DNA from: Octopus sinensis
Taxonomy: Eukaryota
Assembly (NCBI RefSeq): GCF_006345805.1
Contig: NC_042998.1
Coordinates: 16,554,001-16,618,000 of the forward strand
Direction of reading: 5' to 3'
Length of the DNA: 64,000 nt
The notes below the pieces were generated by a model that was given only the letters and a program-made list of their open reading frames with translations, was not told the DNA's origin and ran no database searches. Made by a program: the position numbers and the translations under genes. Shown piece after piece: positions 1 to 14,144 of the stretch (its first letter is position 1; each line of letters begins with the position of its first letter).

Positions 1-1803
1 AAGCAATGTTTCCTTCGATATTATAATGGTAGCCTAAGACTGAGCTGTAACATTGGCCCTGAGAGGACAATATACCCAGAGTTTTTGCAAGATATGTACT
101 AAGTCCAGAACAGTGCTATACAGGGACAAAAACTCATCTATGTACCGAAATATGGATGCAAACGAAATTTGATGAATTCAAAACGAACTAAATGGATATT
201 TCTTTTTAAATATTGACATGAGAATAAATACAGAAGGAAACCTAATAGTAGTAAAGTACCTACACTTAATGTTCAACCTCACAGCGGGAAAGCACTATCT
301 TTAAAAAAGGCCCAAAATTGCACATTCATACATAAATATAACTTCCGAGTCATCCACCGTCCATTCCATTTATTTACATACACACACAAACACACAGGCA
401 TGTATATATGTATGTGTATTCACACACGCACACATACACACACACACACACACACTTTTACATATATACATGGCGGCTACGTACCCACCTTTTGACCCTA
501 TGCGTAAGTATATTACTCTCTAACATTGGTACGACTCTACTACACTGTCTCTTTTTCCCCCCTCTCCTACATTTCTCTGCCTTCACCCTTTGCACTCCCC
601 TTGATCTGTCTCTTTCCCTCTCTTTCTTCTCCTCCCTTGTTCCCCTTCTTTCTTTCTCTCTTCCTCCGTCCCCGCTCTCCCACATTTCTCTGCCTCTCAC
701 ACCTTACACCCCACTTGACCTGTCCCTTTCCCTCTCTTGCTTCTCCTCCCTTGTTCCCCTTCTTTCTCTCTTCATCTGTCCCTTTCTCCTCTCTTTTGTG
801 CTCACGTGACCAGCCAGCTACTACTGCCTTTTCGCATCAAGTAGTCAGTGTGGCAACACGTATTTGTTTGTGCTCCGTTGCCTTCTGGCACTTTCCACAG
901 CCAGCCCTATACTTAACCCGTCCTGTCGAAAGACGCTTGTCCTGACGTCCTGGTTTTGTTATTAATGTTTTTACGTATTTTGTATTCTTATTCGTGCTAT
1001 CATTATTGTTTTTACGTATTTTTGTATTTTAATTCGTGTAACATCGTCCGTTTTCCGTCACTGTGTTGTATACTTTCGAGGCTTTCTTCCAAGGAATCTA
1101 ATGCTATTGGCTTAGATTTCCCTTGGTGGCTGCCCAGATCGGAGCAATCTCAAGATTAATCAGCCGAAATTGCGAAGATGATCTGGTTCTTGACTGATGA
1201 CTGAGGCCTTCGAAAGTCCCGTCCGTGTTTTTTGTCGTCTTCTAAATGTTTCACGTTCTTGTCCCAGTTTGTGTATTTTTGTTACTTTTACAAATATATA
1301 TATAGTTGTATATTTTTGTACACACAGATTTATATATATCTCCGTTCTATGAGAAATTTCAAAATAACAATTAACAACCCCAGATTTAAACAATACCATT
1401 TAAAAGCTGATGTCTATAATCTGAAACTCACACGCATACACACACACATACATACACACACTTAAATATATATTGTTATAAGTAAACCCTAAAGGCAGTG
1501 CATATTAATTTAGCAGTAAACTGCATGATTCAAAAGATTTATCATTATCAGTGACACACCTGTATTTTTCCAATTGCGTTCAAATTGTTCTCGTTTACAA
1601 AAATGAAACGCATACAACTGGTGATATTGTCCTTGCGCCAATTATATCGCATTAAACTCCTAGAACATATGAGAAAACATGTCCGATTTATCTATCATAT
1701 TCTATTTCACATATTCGTAACATATGACATCTTACTATTGTATGTATGTATACACACATACGCACATTTTTCTCGATATCTTTCCTCTCCACCTGTCTGT
1801 CTA

Positions 1804-1838
<35 letters not shown>

Positions 1839-1843
1839 CTCTG

Positions 1844-1917
<74 letters not shown>

Positions 1918-2953
1918 GCAGAGAGCGATAGGGAGAGATTGAGAGACTGATAGATGATTAGATAGCTAGTTATACACACACACCCAGATGTATATATATA
2001 TATATATATATACACGCTTATATCTAGACACGCATGCATATATATATATATATATATGTATCTATATGTGTATATGTATGCGCAAGCCACTATGGGAGAA
2101 TAGAGGCCTATGTTTAATTAAATTGTGTGCAAATGTACAATAAAGAAAATCTTGCAGTGTAATTGATAAACGTCACTTATTATAGCAAATTAATTGCCGC
2201 CTAAAACAAAACAACTTACCAAAAATGTTGCACGAGTATTTACTTACAATCTTATTAAAACTAATATAACTTTTTACTTTAATTAGTTGTATTATGCAAA
2301 CTCTATTTAAGGAGACAAAATTCGAAATAATCATACAAAAATGTATTTAAAATAAGATATAATACAACATAATGAAGAAATTAAAAGGAAAATAATAATA
2401 AATTAATTTATTGCAAATATTAATAATATCATTGAAAAATGAACACAATTCAATAAAATGGAAATACAGATAACTGGCTAGATAAGTACACAGCTATTTT
2501 TATATCAGTCGTTGATCGTGCTAGAAGCATGCAAGTGCAAAACAAATGACAACTGTCAAAATCAACTTGAGCATGAATTAAATAAAGTAATTTGCATCAA
2601 ATTATACATCGCAGACACAGAACAATTTTGTTATAAGACGGATAATATGCAACTAAATAAATAAAGAAAATAATATCGCCAAAACTCTATTAAGCAGTAG
2701 AAAAACAATTGAGTAAATTGTTAACACATTTTGAAAATAAAAACGTAAATATTATCTCTTAACCTACCTGATTTTTCATAGTAAGAAACGTTGGTAAGGC
2801 TCATGTAATACATATAGAATTCTTAATGTTGTAGCCATAATTCTTTCTGGTCATTGTCTTAAAAAGGTGTTGTTCGTAAATACATATAGCTGTTTTCAAT
2901 AGAAAATCATAGCACACGATTCTAGATATTATCTTCATATATTCATAACACAT

Positions 2954-3362
<409 letters not shown>

Positions 3363-3430
3363 ATATATATATATATATACATATATACATATACATATAT
3401 ATTTATATACATATATATACATATATATCA

Positions 3431-3466
<36 letters not shown>

Positions 3467-3599
3467 CAGATAGACAGAAGGGGAGAGAGGAGAGAAAGAG
3501 TGCGAGAAAAATATGCTTATGTTTGTATACATAGAATAGTTAAATGTCATATGCAATGAATATGAGAAATAGAATGTGATAGATAAATCAGGACATGTG

Positions 3600-5596
3600 G
3601 TCCCACAGGTTAAGCGCTGGGTAGAGCATTTTTCTGTACGTTTGAATAGACAATAATCCGCTGACATGAGGACGATAAAAAAATCGAACACCTTCTGGTT
3701 ATAGAAAAGATGGCATTTGAACCAAATGTAAATGACATTTATTTAGCTGTGAATAAGTTGAGTAACAATAAGTCTACAGGGTCTGATGGAATCTGTGCAG
3801 AAAACCTGAAATATGGAGGTGACAAAATGTTGAACCCATAAATATATTAATTTGTCATCATTGGCGAACTGAGAATGTGCCTGAAGACAGGATTTTTGCC
3901 ATTTTAATCTCCTTACATAAATCGTGGCCAAATGATCTGAATGGTGATATTCGTGGGATTTCGCTTTTGTGTGTGGTTGGAAAGATATTTGCCCGCATTT
4001 TGCAAGAATGATTAAATACATTTATAATTCTAAATATAGTGTCTCAGTCTTAGTGTGATTTTCGTTCCTCCGGGAGCACAGCTGATTGTATCTTTACTGT
4101 CAGACAATTAGAAGAAAAGTGCATTGAACAGAATCTTGCTCTATGCCATTGCGTTGTTGAATTGAGCAAAGCATTCAATACTGTTAATCTAAATGCTCTG
4201 TGGCTAATTCTTAAGAAAACACGTTGCTCAGAAGAATTTGTGAATATGATCAAGGCTTTGCATCAAGATATGAAAGGTAGAGCTAACTTTATTAGTTGGC
4301 TCTCTGAATCTTTTGCCGTGGAAATTGGAGTTAAGCAAGCAGACATTGATGCACCCGACCCCATTTCAATATACTTTGCTGTTGTTTTGTCACATGCTTT
4401 TCAAAACTGAGGAGAGAATTTACATAAAATATCGAACAACAGGGAATGATTTTTAATCTGATCAATCTGAAATTGAAAACGAACGTTTTCACTTCACTTA
4501 TTAGGGACCTTTGTACGCTGCCGATTGCGATATTGTTAGTCATTCTGAAACAGGTCTGCAATCTCCTCCTTTATCGGCATTTGACTCGGCTTGTGATGAT
4601 TTGGGCTTGACCATCAACCTGAGAAAAAAACAGTTGTAACGAACCAAACTGCGGTGGTGATGTCTGTAACCCCACTAAAATTTTTGTTAAGTGTAAGTTA
4701 CTTCAGGTTGTCAATTCATCTACCTTGGAAGATCTGTTCAAAATGATGGAAATCCGGTTACAGAAATACAGCTACAGAAATACAGCAACAGTCTTACCAT
4801 CCCTGTTGTATTCCTGTGGATCCTGGACTTGTTATGAAAGTTATTTTAAATTCTTTGAACAACACCACCAAAAATGCTTTCTAGGCATTTAAAAAATTAA
4901 CTGGAAATTACTCCAATCACACATATCCTTGCATCTGCAAGCGTCACCGCAAGTAAAGTTATCATTTTGAGGCACCAAATGAGATGGTGTGGCCATATAG
5001 TTCGAATGGCAGATGAAAGCATGCCGAAACTGTTTTTTATGGTAAGCTTGCAGAGGGGAAACGCTATCCGCGTAAACCTTTAAAAAAGTTTAAGAACGAC
5101 ATAAGGACTACTATGAAGTGATTTGGAATGGTTCCAGAAGGCATAGGAACCCTTGCTTCGGATCGAGTTGGATGGCGAACAAAAGTGGAGTGGAGTGAAA
5201 GCATTTGTAGAGGTCAGGATAATGAATGTAAGACTCAAAAGAGATCTAAGGATCGAGAAGGTGAATGACAATGACCATTTTGTGTGCACAGTCTGTGACA
5301 GACCATGCCTGTCTTTTTTACTGGGCTCAAATCTCATCTGCGAACCTATGGAAAACGAAACTTCACCAATTATTCTGCCTATATGTCTGTTCACACCTTT
5401 GAATGCCGTGTATGTCAGAAGTTCCACAAAGTTCAGAACTTACCCGCAGTTCTTGGTGGTACAAATCGGATGTGCAATTTGTGTGGGAGTCTTTTCAGAA
5501 CAGTGTTTTGTTTAAAAAGCCACATGAGATGCCATTATGGTGCTAAGGTGTAGGTACAAGTGGTGGTTAAACTCTGCATAAGGAGAAGACAACCGC

Positions 5597-5597
<1 letters not shown>
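3600..5597 (+). mobile_element. 5'-truncated, decayed RTE-clade LINE (RT plus C-terminal C2H2 fingers)
   Basis: Frameshifted RT motifs: KSTGSDGICAE, RGISLLCVVGKIFARIL, LSKAFNTVN, GVKQ, LYAADC. C-terminal CTVCDRPC..GLKSH and CNLCGSLF..LKSHMRCH. Ends in (TA)n. Confidence 0.9.
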
Positions 5598-5670
<73 letters not shown>

Positions 5671-5681
5671 CGTATATTTGA

Positions 5682-6007
5682 TACTCTTATATTTGTTTCA
5701 GTTATTAGAATGTGGCCTGAGGACGCCTTTTTGGTCTGTTTTACAGAACCGCTAGATTACGTTGACGTAAAACTCCCAGCATCGTTTGTCAAGTGACGGT
5801 AGGGGATCAAAAACAGACACACAAACATATAAACATATAGAAACATATGTACGAGGGGCTTCTTTCACTTTGCGTCTACTGAATCCACGGACAAGCCTTT
5901 GGTCGGCTATAGTACATAACACTTGTATATGGGGCCATACAGTGGAACTGAACCCGGAAAAATGTGGTTGGTAAGCAAAGTACTTACTACACAGCTATTC
6001 CTGCACC
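5682..6007 (-). mobile_element. tRNA-derived SINE, family A (diverged copy)
   Basis: Homologous to the copy at 31797-32209. Confidence 0.8.
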
Positions 6008-6454
6008 TATATATATAGGAGTTTGTGGAATTTTCTGTATCGACGGATGATCTCAAAAAAACATTATTTTAGATTTCACGGTAAGTAGCAAGGAATATCA
6101 GGTATTCGAATGAAATACAAGTTTTAACAAGTGGAGTAGATAATATCCAGGCTTTATATGTCTGATAAAGAGTGGAGCCTGAGAAGTGGTAAATATCCGA
6201 ACGAGGTGTATACCGTAGTCTACACTTCAGGAGAAAGGTATGTTGATTAAATGAAGTTCACATTGTCGTAAGCAGGTACATGTGAACAGAATGAGTAGAG
6301 AGCACCGTAAGAGTAGAGTATATAAATGTGAAGGCAATTAGGAATATATGAGTGGAGAATACAATATGAAGAAAAAATTTTCTCTTCACAATGTATTCTT
6401 CACTAACCGTACTTCTACAGATCCTGATCGAGTCTTCTGTGGAGACATTTGTTT

Positions 6455-6554
<100 letters not shown>

Positions 6555-6575
6555 CTTAAACCATCTTTTAACACC

Positions 6576-6627
6576 GTCTCCGATTAAGGGATATAATTAA
6601 TCAATATCCTGGAAACAGCTCTAAGAC
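6576..6627 (+). ncRNA. Degenerate minimal HHR-like motif (CCGA core family, copy 1)
   Basis: GTCT|CCGATTA|A GGGATAT..ATATCCT G|GAAAC AGCT CTA|AGAC; paralogous to 31658-31709. Confidence 0.45.
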
Positions 6628-6738
6628 CTTCTATCTATAAATGTTCAAATATCTACACAGCCTTGGTTTTTTTATCTCATTGATTCTTTTATAAAAATTA
6701 TTATATATATATATATATATATATACATATATATACAT

Positions 6739-6773
<35 letters not shown>

Positions 6774-6959
6774 CAGGTAGTTGAACTAAGTTTGTCACAT
6801 ATTTCAACTGCTAGAAGTTTAATATACTGCAGCTACCGATTCTTCGCCCACGGTAACTGCACTGCATTTGCATTTTAGCAGTTGTAATATATGACGAAAA
6901 TATTTGAACTATCCTTAATTTTGTTCATGCCTAATTACTGCTTTGCGCAATGCTTCGTC

Positions 6960-7014
<55 letters not shown>

Positions 7015-7278
7015 CACACCCAGATGTATGTGAGTGCTTTCGAAGAAGACTTATGAGCACAGGGAAAGACTTCAGAACAGAAGTCCTCACTGATGTCCCC
7101 AGAACAGGTTATTAATGAATACATATGCTCTAATGTGTATCTACTTCCTAATGTACACACTTGTGAGAGAGACATGAAACCCTACTGTATCAATGAACGT
7201 ATGGATCATGTTCGGGTTCGTATGCACCTTACCATATAATAATATGATATCCTCACGTACACAAGCACATACATACGA

Positions 7279-7312
<34 letters not shown>

Positions 7313-8150
7313 TTATATATATACATATATATTTTTGCGCATGCATAATGTGCGTTAAACCTCTTTGCATAATTTACAAATTCACATTACTTTTGTCTGA
7401 AATGACAGAAAGATTAAGCTGTATCGAATACGTGTTGCTATAACAACATTACGAATCATATCACACGTGTTAACAATTAATGGGGAGATTTGTGCCAGCA
7501 AATAGAATTTTATAGATCAATGTCAACGATAGAAAAATATCTAAATAAAATTCATTCAGCAGGTGATCAACTTTGTATCTCAGAATGGAACAAATGAAAG
7601 GATGATGTACACCTATGCCGATATATCATTTGAAGTGTTAAAATTACAATTCGGAATATATATTTTAGATATTTAAGCACACCGGCAAGTCTGGTATATC
7701 CACGTTTATAATACTTTTTTTTTACTATTATGCATTTTGTTTTTACAGAACATTGCATTATAAACCATGATAATTTTGATGCTACGTCAGAGGCTACCTT
7801 GAATAATGTGGTAAAATTGAGAATAAACATGCACCGGAAAATAACAAACTTTAACATAACTTATTCTAGCGTGATATATTAAAGGAGAAATGAATTTTCC
7901 ACTTTATAGAATTGCCAGTTTTATCACGTTATCTCCGACCGTGCATCTTGTCTACGACGTTCAATCCAATTTAAACGATGGTAGTAGCGTGCATTGCCCG
8001 ACATAGTCATTTTAAAATAATGCTGCAAAAGAACTCGATTGGAAATTATTTTTCCCTCTAGGTCACACATGTATTTATGATATATGTATCTTTCACCCAC
8101 GTATCTCTTCTCTCTCTCACTCTCTCATTCAGACACACACACACACACAC

Positions 8151-8220
<70 letters not shown>

Positions 8221-8224
<4 letters not shown>

Positions 8225-8804
8225 GAAATATTAAAATTACGGCAGAGAACAACGGCAGCGTTCCCGGAAAATAATAGTTATCGCCATATTAATATGGCAT
8301 TCTTATAAAAATAAGAATAAAGCTGTCCGCTTATTAGCTCCATGAGGCCATCGCCTTAAGTTAGCTATTTGATACACAAACTGTATCCATATAACCTTCG
8401 AACAAGGGAGGTCAGTCGCTCCACACTACTTGACCGGCAGCTACAGACGCGTTTCGGGGTATTGCCCCTTTTCAATGCAGCGTAGCCAGACCAGTAGGTG
8501 TCGCTTCTGACAATCTCTGTTCGAAGGTTTTATTTACTTAGTTTCGGTGGAATACATCCACTTGTTTTCAATAATAGAAATATTAAAATTACTAAGTCTC
8601 TCTAAAAGAGAACAACGGCAGCGTCTGTAGCTGCCGGTCAAGTAGTGTGGAGCGACTGACCTCCCTTGTTCGAAGGTTATATGGATACAGTTTGTGTATC
8701 AAATAGCTAACTTAAGGCGATGGCCTCATGGAGCTAATAAGCGGACAGCTTTATTCTTATTTTTATAAGAATGCCATATTAATATGGCGATAACTATTAT
8801 TTTC
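8221..8804. mobile_element. Fold-back PLE-like/retrozyme-like element
   Basis: 184-bp inverted arms 8267-8450 and 8621-8804. Direct repeats 8221-8240=8573-8592 and 8244-8261=8607-8624. Adjacent to (TA)n. Confidence 0.7.
8440..8481 (-). ncRNA. Type I minimal hammerhead ribozyme, U3-A8 core variant
   Basis: Minus strand GCTGCA|TTGAAAA|GGGG caata CCCC|GAA|ACGCGT|C|TGTAGC; predicted GUC cleavage between 8446 and 8445. Confidence 0.8.
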
Positions 8805-9059
8805 TTGTCAATCATTTTCAATCAGAGTGAAGAATAGGGAGTCCTTCTAGTGGAGTGTTCCTTTTTTGTTAAACGACCCACTATTTCTCGGGGCGACATC
8901 GTATTTATCACATTTTCTATTCAACACGGAGAAATTCAGTGGGAATTTTTGTTGTGGATGAGAGAGGGAAGAGACGGAGGAGACTCGTCACAATAAAGAG
9001 AGAGACAGACTGACAGAAATATAGAAGGGCTCTTCGCCTGTTGGCGTGACAAGCAAGCA

Positions 9060-9925
9060 AAAAGTACGATTATCATATCTATCACAAAAAACAACCCCGA
9101 CACCACCGCTATCACCTCTTCCACAACCACTAAAAACAACAACAACAACAGAAACAACAGCAACAACAACAGTCAATGCAACAATTGCCATTTGAGCAGA
9201 ATCCCACTACAACAACGTCACCAACTGTAGCATTGGAAATAAGAAACGCCCAACCACTCCTACAAACGGTTGGAATAGTTACGCCATATACTCATGTACT
9301 ATTGCGATTAAGAAGTCGTATCATGGGCCGAGGAAGAATTGAATCCACCAAGAAGGACTAGTGTTGGGGAAAAGCGGGAAAGTAGTGTTAAAAATGCCCT
9401 CCTAAGCTGAAAGCGAAAAGATAGAACGAAGAAAACTTACCTAATCCATCATTTATACTTCTAACACCCACACACTCAGCCAAATCCCAACAACAAAAGC
9501 AATGCATACTCATCTAACCACAACTATAAAATGCACCAATACGGGGGAAAATACAAGAACAGAAACAACAATCACAAGAACAACCCATACAACTGACTAC
9601 GGAATTCGAACGCTTCATCAATGTCACAGTCGTTCGCATGAGCAACAGCGTGCTGATGCAGGGTGAGAAGTTGGTGCCCTTAGACTGATGGACGTCTATG
9701 CCCCAAAAGGGTTAGAAGACGAGAATTCTCTAGGCGCCTAGATACATTCATGGGAACGTCTCACAGTTTAGTATACATAGGGAATGGGATTTTCGACTCA
9801 TGGAAAAAGTAAGATTATCATATCTATTACAAAAAACAACCCCGACACCACCACTATCACCTCTTCCACAACCACTAAAAACAACAACAACAACTGAAGC
9901 AACAGCAACAACAACAGCAACAACA
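9060..9925 (+). repeat. ~120-bp direct repeat pair (about 9060-9175 and 9808-9925), (AAC)-rich
   Basis: gattatcatatcta.acaaaaaacaaccccgacaccacc.ctatcacctcttccacaaccactaaaaacaac occurs twice. Confidence 0.85.
9640..9790 (+). mobile_element. Tx1/L1-like AP-endonuclease fragment
   Basis: LRLMDVYAP followed (frameshift) by FSRRLDTFMGTSHSLVYIG resembles the APE VYAP...LGD region. Confidence 0.5.
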
Positions 9926-10129
9926 GTAAAGTTTCACGATATAGAAAAGTAAATAGTACAGCTACAATGTATTTCCTTCCATTAAGAAGTAGCTTCGCTA
10001 CTTCGGTCAACGATAGGAACACCACCAGAAACAATAGTCGGTGGCTAACTCTAACAACAACAACAACAACAACAGAAACAGCATCAAGAGGAGAAAATCT
10101 ATAGTCTGTGTGGGGCTAGTACATAGATG

Positions 10130-10430
10130 AAGTGGGTGGAAAAGCCTTGAAAACCCACTCAGAAACTTCCAATTGTCGGATAGGTATCCACTGAATTTCA
10201 GTGGTGACATAAAACTCATGATCGCCCAGAAAGAATGCGAGCCAATGTGTTTTGGGAATGTTTGTCTCACTAATGGCTACTGCATCCAGATGTAGTGACC
10301 TGAGATCGTTGATTAAGAGATCTTATTTCTAAACTGTCTCCAAACCACAAATATTTACTCAACCAATTCTTAGAAATGCCATTCTAGGAGGAGGAGAAGA
10401 AATAAAAGTTGGAGTTAATCACTTTCCATA
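10130..10430 (-). mobile_element. Tx1/L1-like AP-endonuclease N-terminal fragment
   Basis: MAFLRIG*VNICGL...LINDLRSLHLDAVAISET matches the APE N..GL and ISET motifs. Confidence 0.6.
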
Positions 10431-10689
10431 TCTTAAATTCCTAGTCTTGAATTCGTACTTTTACCAAAGATCCGATTCTCAAATAAATGTTTGCAACCTT
10501 CCTCAACATGCATGATATGTTCCCTCAAAATACAACACATTGTGATAGTTATTACTCCCAGAATCTTTCATCCAAAGTTTTGGAACTTGGGACGTGAACA
10601 AGACACTCAGCCGTTGCCACAATTTTATCTATATTAGATTCTACAAAAACAAACAAATCCTTGTTTTGCATTCAGAGAACTTTTTTTCT

Positions 10690-10899
10690 TTTCTTTTTCT
10701 GTTACTTGTTTCAGTCATTTTGACTGCAGCCATGCTGGAGCACCGCCTTTAGTCGAGCAAATCGACCCCGGGACTTATTCTTTGTAAGCCCAGTACTTAT
10801 TCTATCTGTCTCTTTTTGCCGAACCGCTAAGTGACGGGGACATAAACACACCAGCATCGGTTGTCAAGCAATGCTTGGGGGATAAACACAGACACACAA

Positions 10900-10954
<55 letters not shown>

Positions 10955-11110
10955 TACGACAGGCTTCTTTCAGTTTCCGTCTACCAAATCCACTCACAAG
11001 GCATTGGTCGGCCCGGGCTATAGCAGAAGACACTTGCCCAAGATGCCACGCAGTGGGACTGAACCCAGAACCATGTGGTTGGTTAGCAAGCTAATTACCA
11101 CACAGCCACT
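10690..11110 (-). mobile_element. tRNA-derived SINE, family A
   Basis: Near full-length homologue of 31797-32209 with internal (TA)n. Confidence 0.92.
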
Positions 11111-11503
11111 GTGTACTTGAGAGGCGTATCTGTGACATGGTGCTCTAATTTTTCCTTCTCTGGTGGTTGATATGGTCGTTGTAAGGTTGCTTGCTTTTGT
11201 TGCTGATTCTGTTGTGTCACTTACTGATGCTGAGAACGTAGCTTCTATTCTTGGTATTTCGGTATTGGTATATCTCTTGTTTGTTGCAGTTGCTACTGTA
11301 GCAGTTGTTGTAATTGCTGGAACTATCATTTTGGTTACGACTGGGCACATCATTTCCAAGGTTACTTCAGCTTCGTTACCACAGACGTTGAGAGGTAGGG
11401 ATTATGTTAGTAGTTTCACACGCCTTGGCTTTCTGTTTTTGGAAGGGTTCCTTAACTATAACCCATAGTTGAGTATTTGTCTCGTCCGTGGATATTGTAG
11501 TTG

Positions 11504-11515
11504 ATGCTGCTGCTG

Positions 11516-11562
<47 letters not shown>

Positions 11563-11563
11563 G

Positions 11564-11598
<35 letters not shown>

Positions 11599-11790
11599 GA
11601 TGATAATAATAATAATAACAATAATAATAAAAACAACAGCAATAATGATAAGGAGTCATATGTGTATGTAGAGTATGCAAGTGATAAAGATTATAATGAT
11701 GATGATGATGATGGCAACGACGACGATGACGACGACAAAGAGGAGGAGGAGGAGGGTAACAACGACGACTATGACCACGAGGAAGAAAGA
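11504..11790. repeat. Compound trinucleotide microsatellite (GCT/ACT/AAT/GAT/GAC/GAG)
   Basis: Read directly from the sequence. Confidence 0.95.
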
Positions 11791-13705
11791 AGCAATTTCG
11801 AAGAGGAAGAAGAAATATCAAATAACACACATCAATTTTGTTTCTACGTTTTCGTCTGTCCTAAGCAAGCCAGAGGAGGAAGAAGAGGAATGGGGAGAAA
11901 ACTGCAAAATTACAAAAGTAGATTAGCAGAGCCAGCACCAATATCAATACATTTACTAGACACAAACAACACCACCAACAACCTAATTGCTCTGTTCACG
12001 TCATTATATGTGAGAAGTAGTAAATAAAGCAAATGAAGAACACCAGAAAAAAACAACAGCAACAACAACACGTGAACAAATCTAAGCAAGATAGATTGAA
12101 TGAGAAACGCGTTTCGTCAAACGTCGAAAACAATTATGTTTTGTAGCGACTCTGATGTTGACACAAAACTGTTGAGCGGTTCCAGTTTTAATGATGATTA
12201 TGTCACTGCTAAACGACTATGTTCCGGAAACCATTATTCTTTATGGATTCTGTCAGAATAAGTAGAAAATAAAGGAAAAAATTGAAGAACATAAACATAA
12301 ATTAGCCAGAAATAAAGAATGATCGAACTGAACACGAAAACAACAAGGTATATTTGCGGAAATTCTCTTGTGCATCAAAGCTGTGTAAACTTTAGCAATA
12401 ATGTTTTACTAAATAAACAATACATATTACAAAATGGCTTATTCTGACAATCTATCTTGTATAATGAGAGAGGAAGAAAAGAAAACTGTGCTGAAGATTC
12501 TAATGTTGTAATTAAGGCGTCAATACAGAAAATGCAGGAACTACAAGTGAGATAAATTAGTAGATAATAACTATTCCATACCTATTAAAATACCTCCTTC
12601 ATTCACCACCCAATTCAGAAAAATTCTCCTAGGAACTTTAACGTTGAAGTTTCAAAATTTAATATAAAAAGAGGATATTTTGCAGTCTTTATGGTTTTTC
12701 TCACGATGGTTATTAATATATATAAAAAAAGATTATTTGAATTTAAAAACTAGTGCTTTTATTTGAAATAAAATCTATCAAGCCTGATATAAAAAATATA
12801 TCAGAAATGTGCTTGGAGTGGGCAAACTAGGGCAATTTAATAATCTAAGATGATTAAATTACTTCATTTTTAATTTGAAAAAGACTACATAGCATATTTT
12901 CATATGTTTAACTTGCAAGAAATACACATTAAATATAATACGTTGGATATAAATTTCAAATTCAAGGACATTATGTCAGATGTAAAGAATGATCTGTTAT
13001 TGTATTATACGGTGCAAGCACACTGAAATCATGATAACACGTGTACCAATGTCTGTTAAAATGTCAACGACATTATCTCTTATTGTAGATCTCTACGACT
13101 GTTAGAAAAAATAAGAAGTATAAAGTAAACACGAAAGAGTTAGACCTAGAGTTACACCAAGAAAAATTTCCCGAAACAAATTTATGAAAAATATTTTAAC
13201 TAGATCATTCAGCCGAGCTTTTTAGCGCAATAATGCATAATATTACTGATTTTGTTCTAATGATCATAACACCACTTTAATCAAATGATTTTAGGCGATC
13301 CCCTTGTCCAATTCGTTCTTCAATAATTCCTTCTTTTTACAGAAACGGAAGGGTGTGATTTGCTACTTATTTGACTGCTATTTCTAGCAGTGTCAAGTGA
13401 TTTGGTTGAGACATCCATAGTGTTGTGCATATTTTAATTTTGAACACAATATACCCAGTTTAATTCATGTACAAAGAAATATATATCTAATCACTTTAGA
13501 ATATGAAGACTGGGGGAAACATATAAGTGTGAACACGGCAAAGTACATAGGATTTTACATCAGTTGAGATCAGGATGCGATTGTTTAAGGTTGGACCCAC
13601 TTGATAAACCTACAAGATATGTTTACGCTATATGTTTAAGGGAACAGAAAGGTTATAAAACAGTACTATCGCATCCCTAATATTTCGCTTCAATATAATA
13701 GTCTC

Positions 13706-13830
13706 CCTTGACCACAAATGGCCTGAACTCTTTGCATGAACACCACCCTGTACATAACTCCATGTCCCCCTACATGGCCTTGCTTTTTGCTTTTTGAGCC
13801 AAATAACTAACTTAACTTAACTTAACTATT
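13706..13830 (+). mobile_element. Probable LINE 3' end with (AACTT)n tail
   Basis: Complex sequence ending in aactaacttaacttaacttaact; family assignment from recall only. Confidence 0.35.
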
Positions 13831-14144
13831 AATTATGTATAGAACATTTTATTCTTTCTTCTGGTGGATTTTAAGCAGTCATATGTTCCGTAATGTCAGT
13901 TATATATATATAGAATCGTATTTCTTAGCACACACGCACACACACACAAGTTTCGATACATGAGTTAAAGAGAGTAACTGAAAGAAAGAAAGACAGAACT
14001 AAGAATCTCCATGTATGCAAATTCAGTTCATGTACGGATTTTGTTATGAAGTCGCAATGGGTATGTTTATTACTTTGATTTCATTTGGGATAGGGTAAGT
14101 GCATCTATTTATTGCGTGATAAAGTTCTATTGTTCTTCTTCAAT

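Noticed and set aside
1185-1230. CTGATGA ... CGAAAG ... GTC as a hammerhead
   Set aside because: No stem I, II or III pairing can be built.
6352-6392. Imperfect palindrome AATACAATATGAAGAAAAAA/TTTTCTCTTCACAATGTATT
   Set aside because: AT-rich hairpin lacking a GAAA/NUH arrangement.
6870-6912. GAAAATATTT with a short upstream hairpin, resembling the 3173 HHR
   Set aside because: Core differs at G3 and G5, and stem I does not pair.
12103-12116. GAAACGCGTTTC palindrome (HHR stem III-like)
   Set aside because: No core or stem II on either strand.
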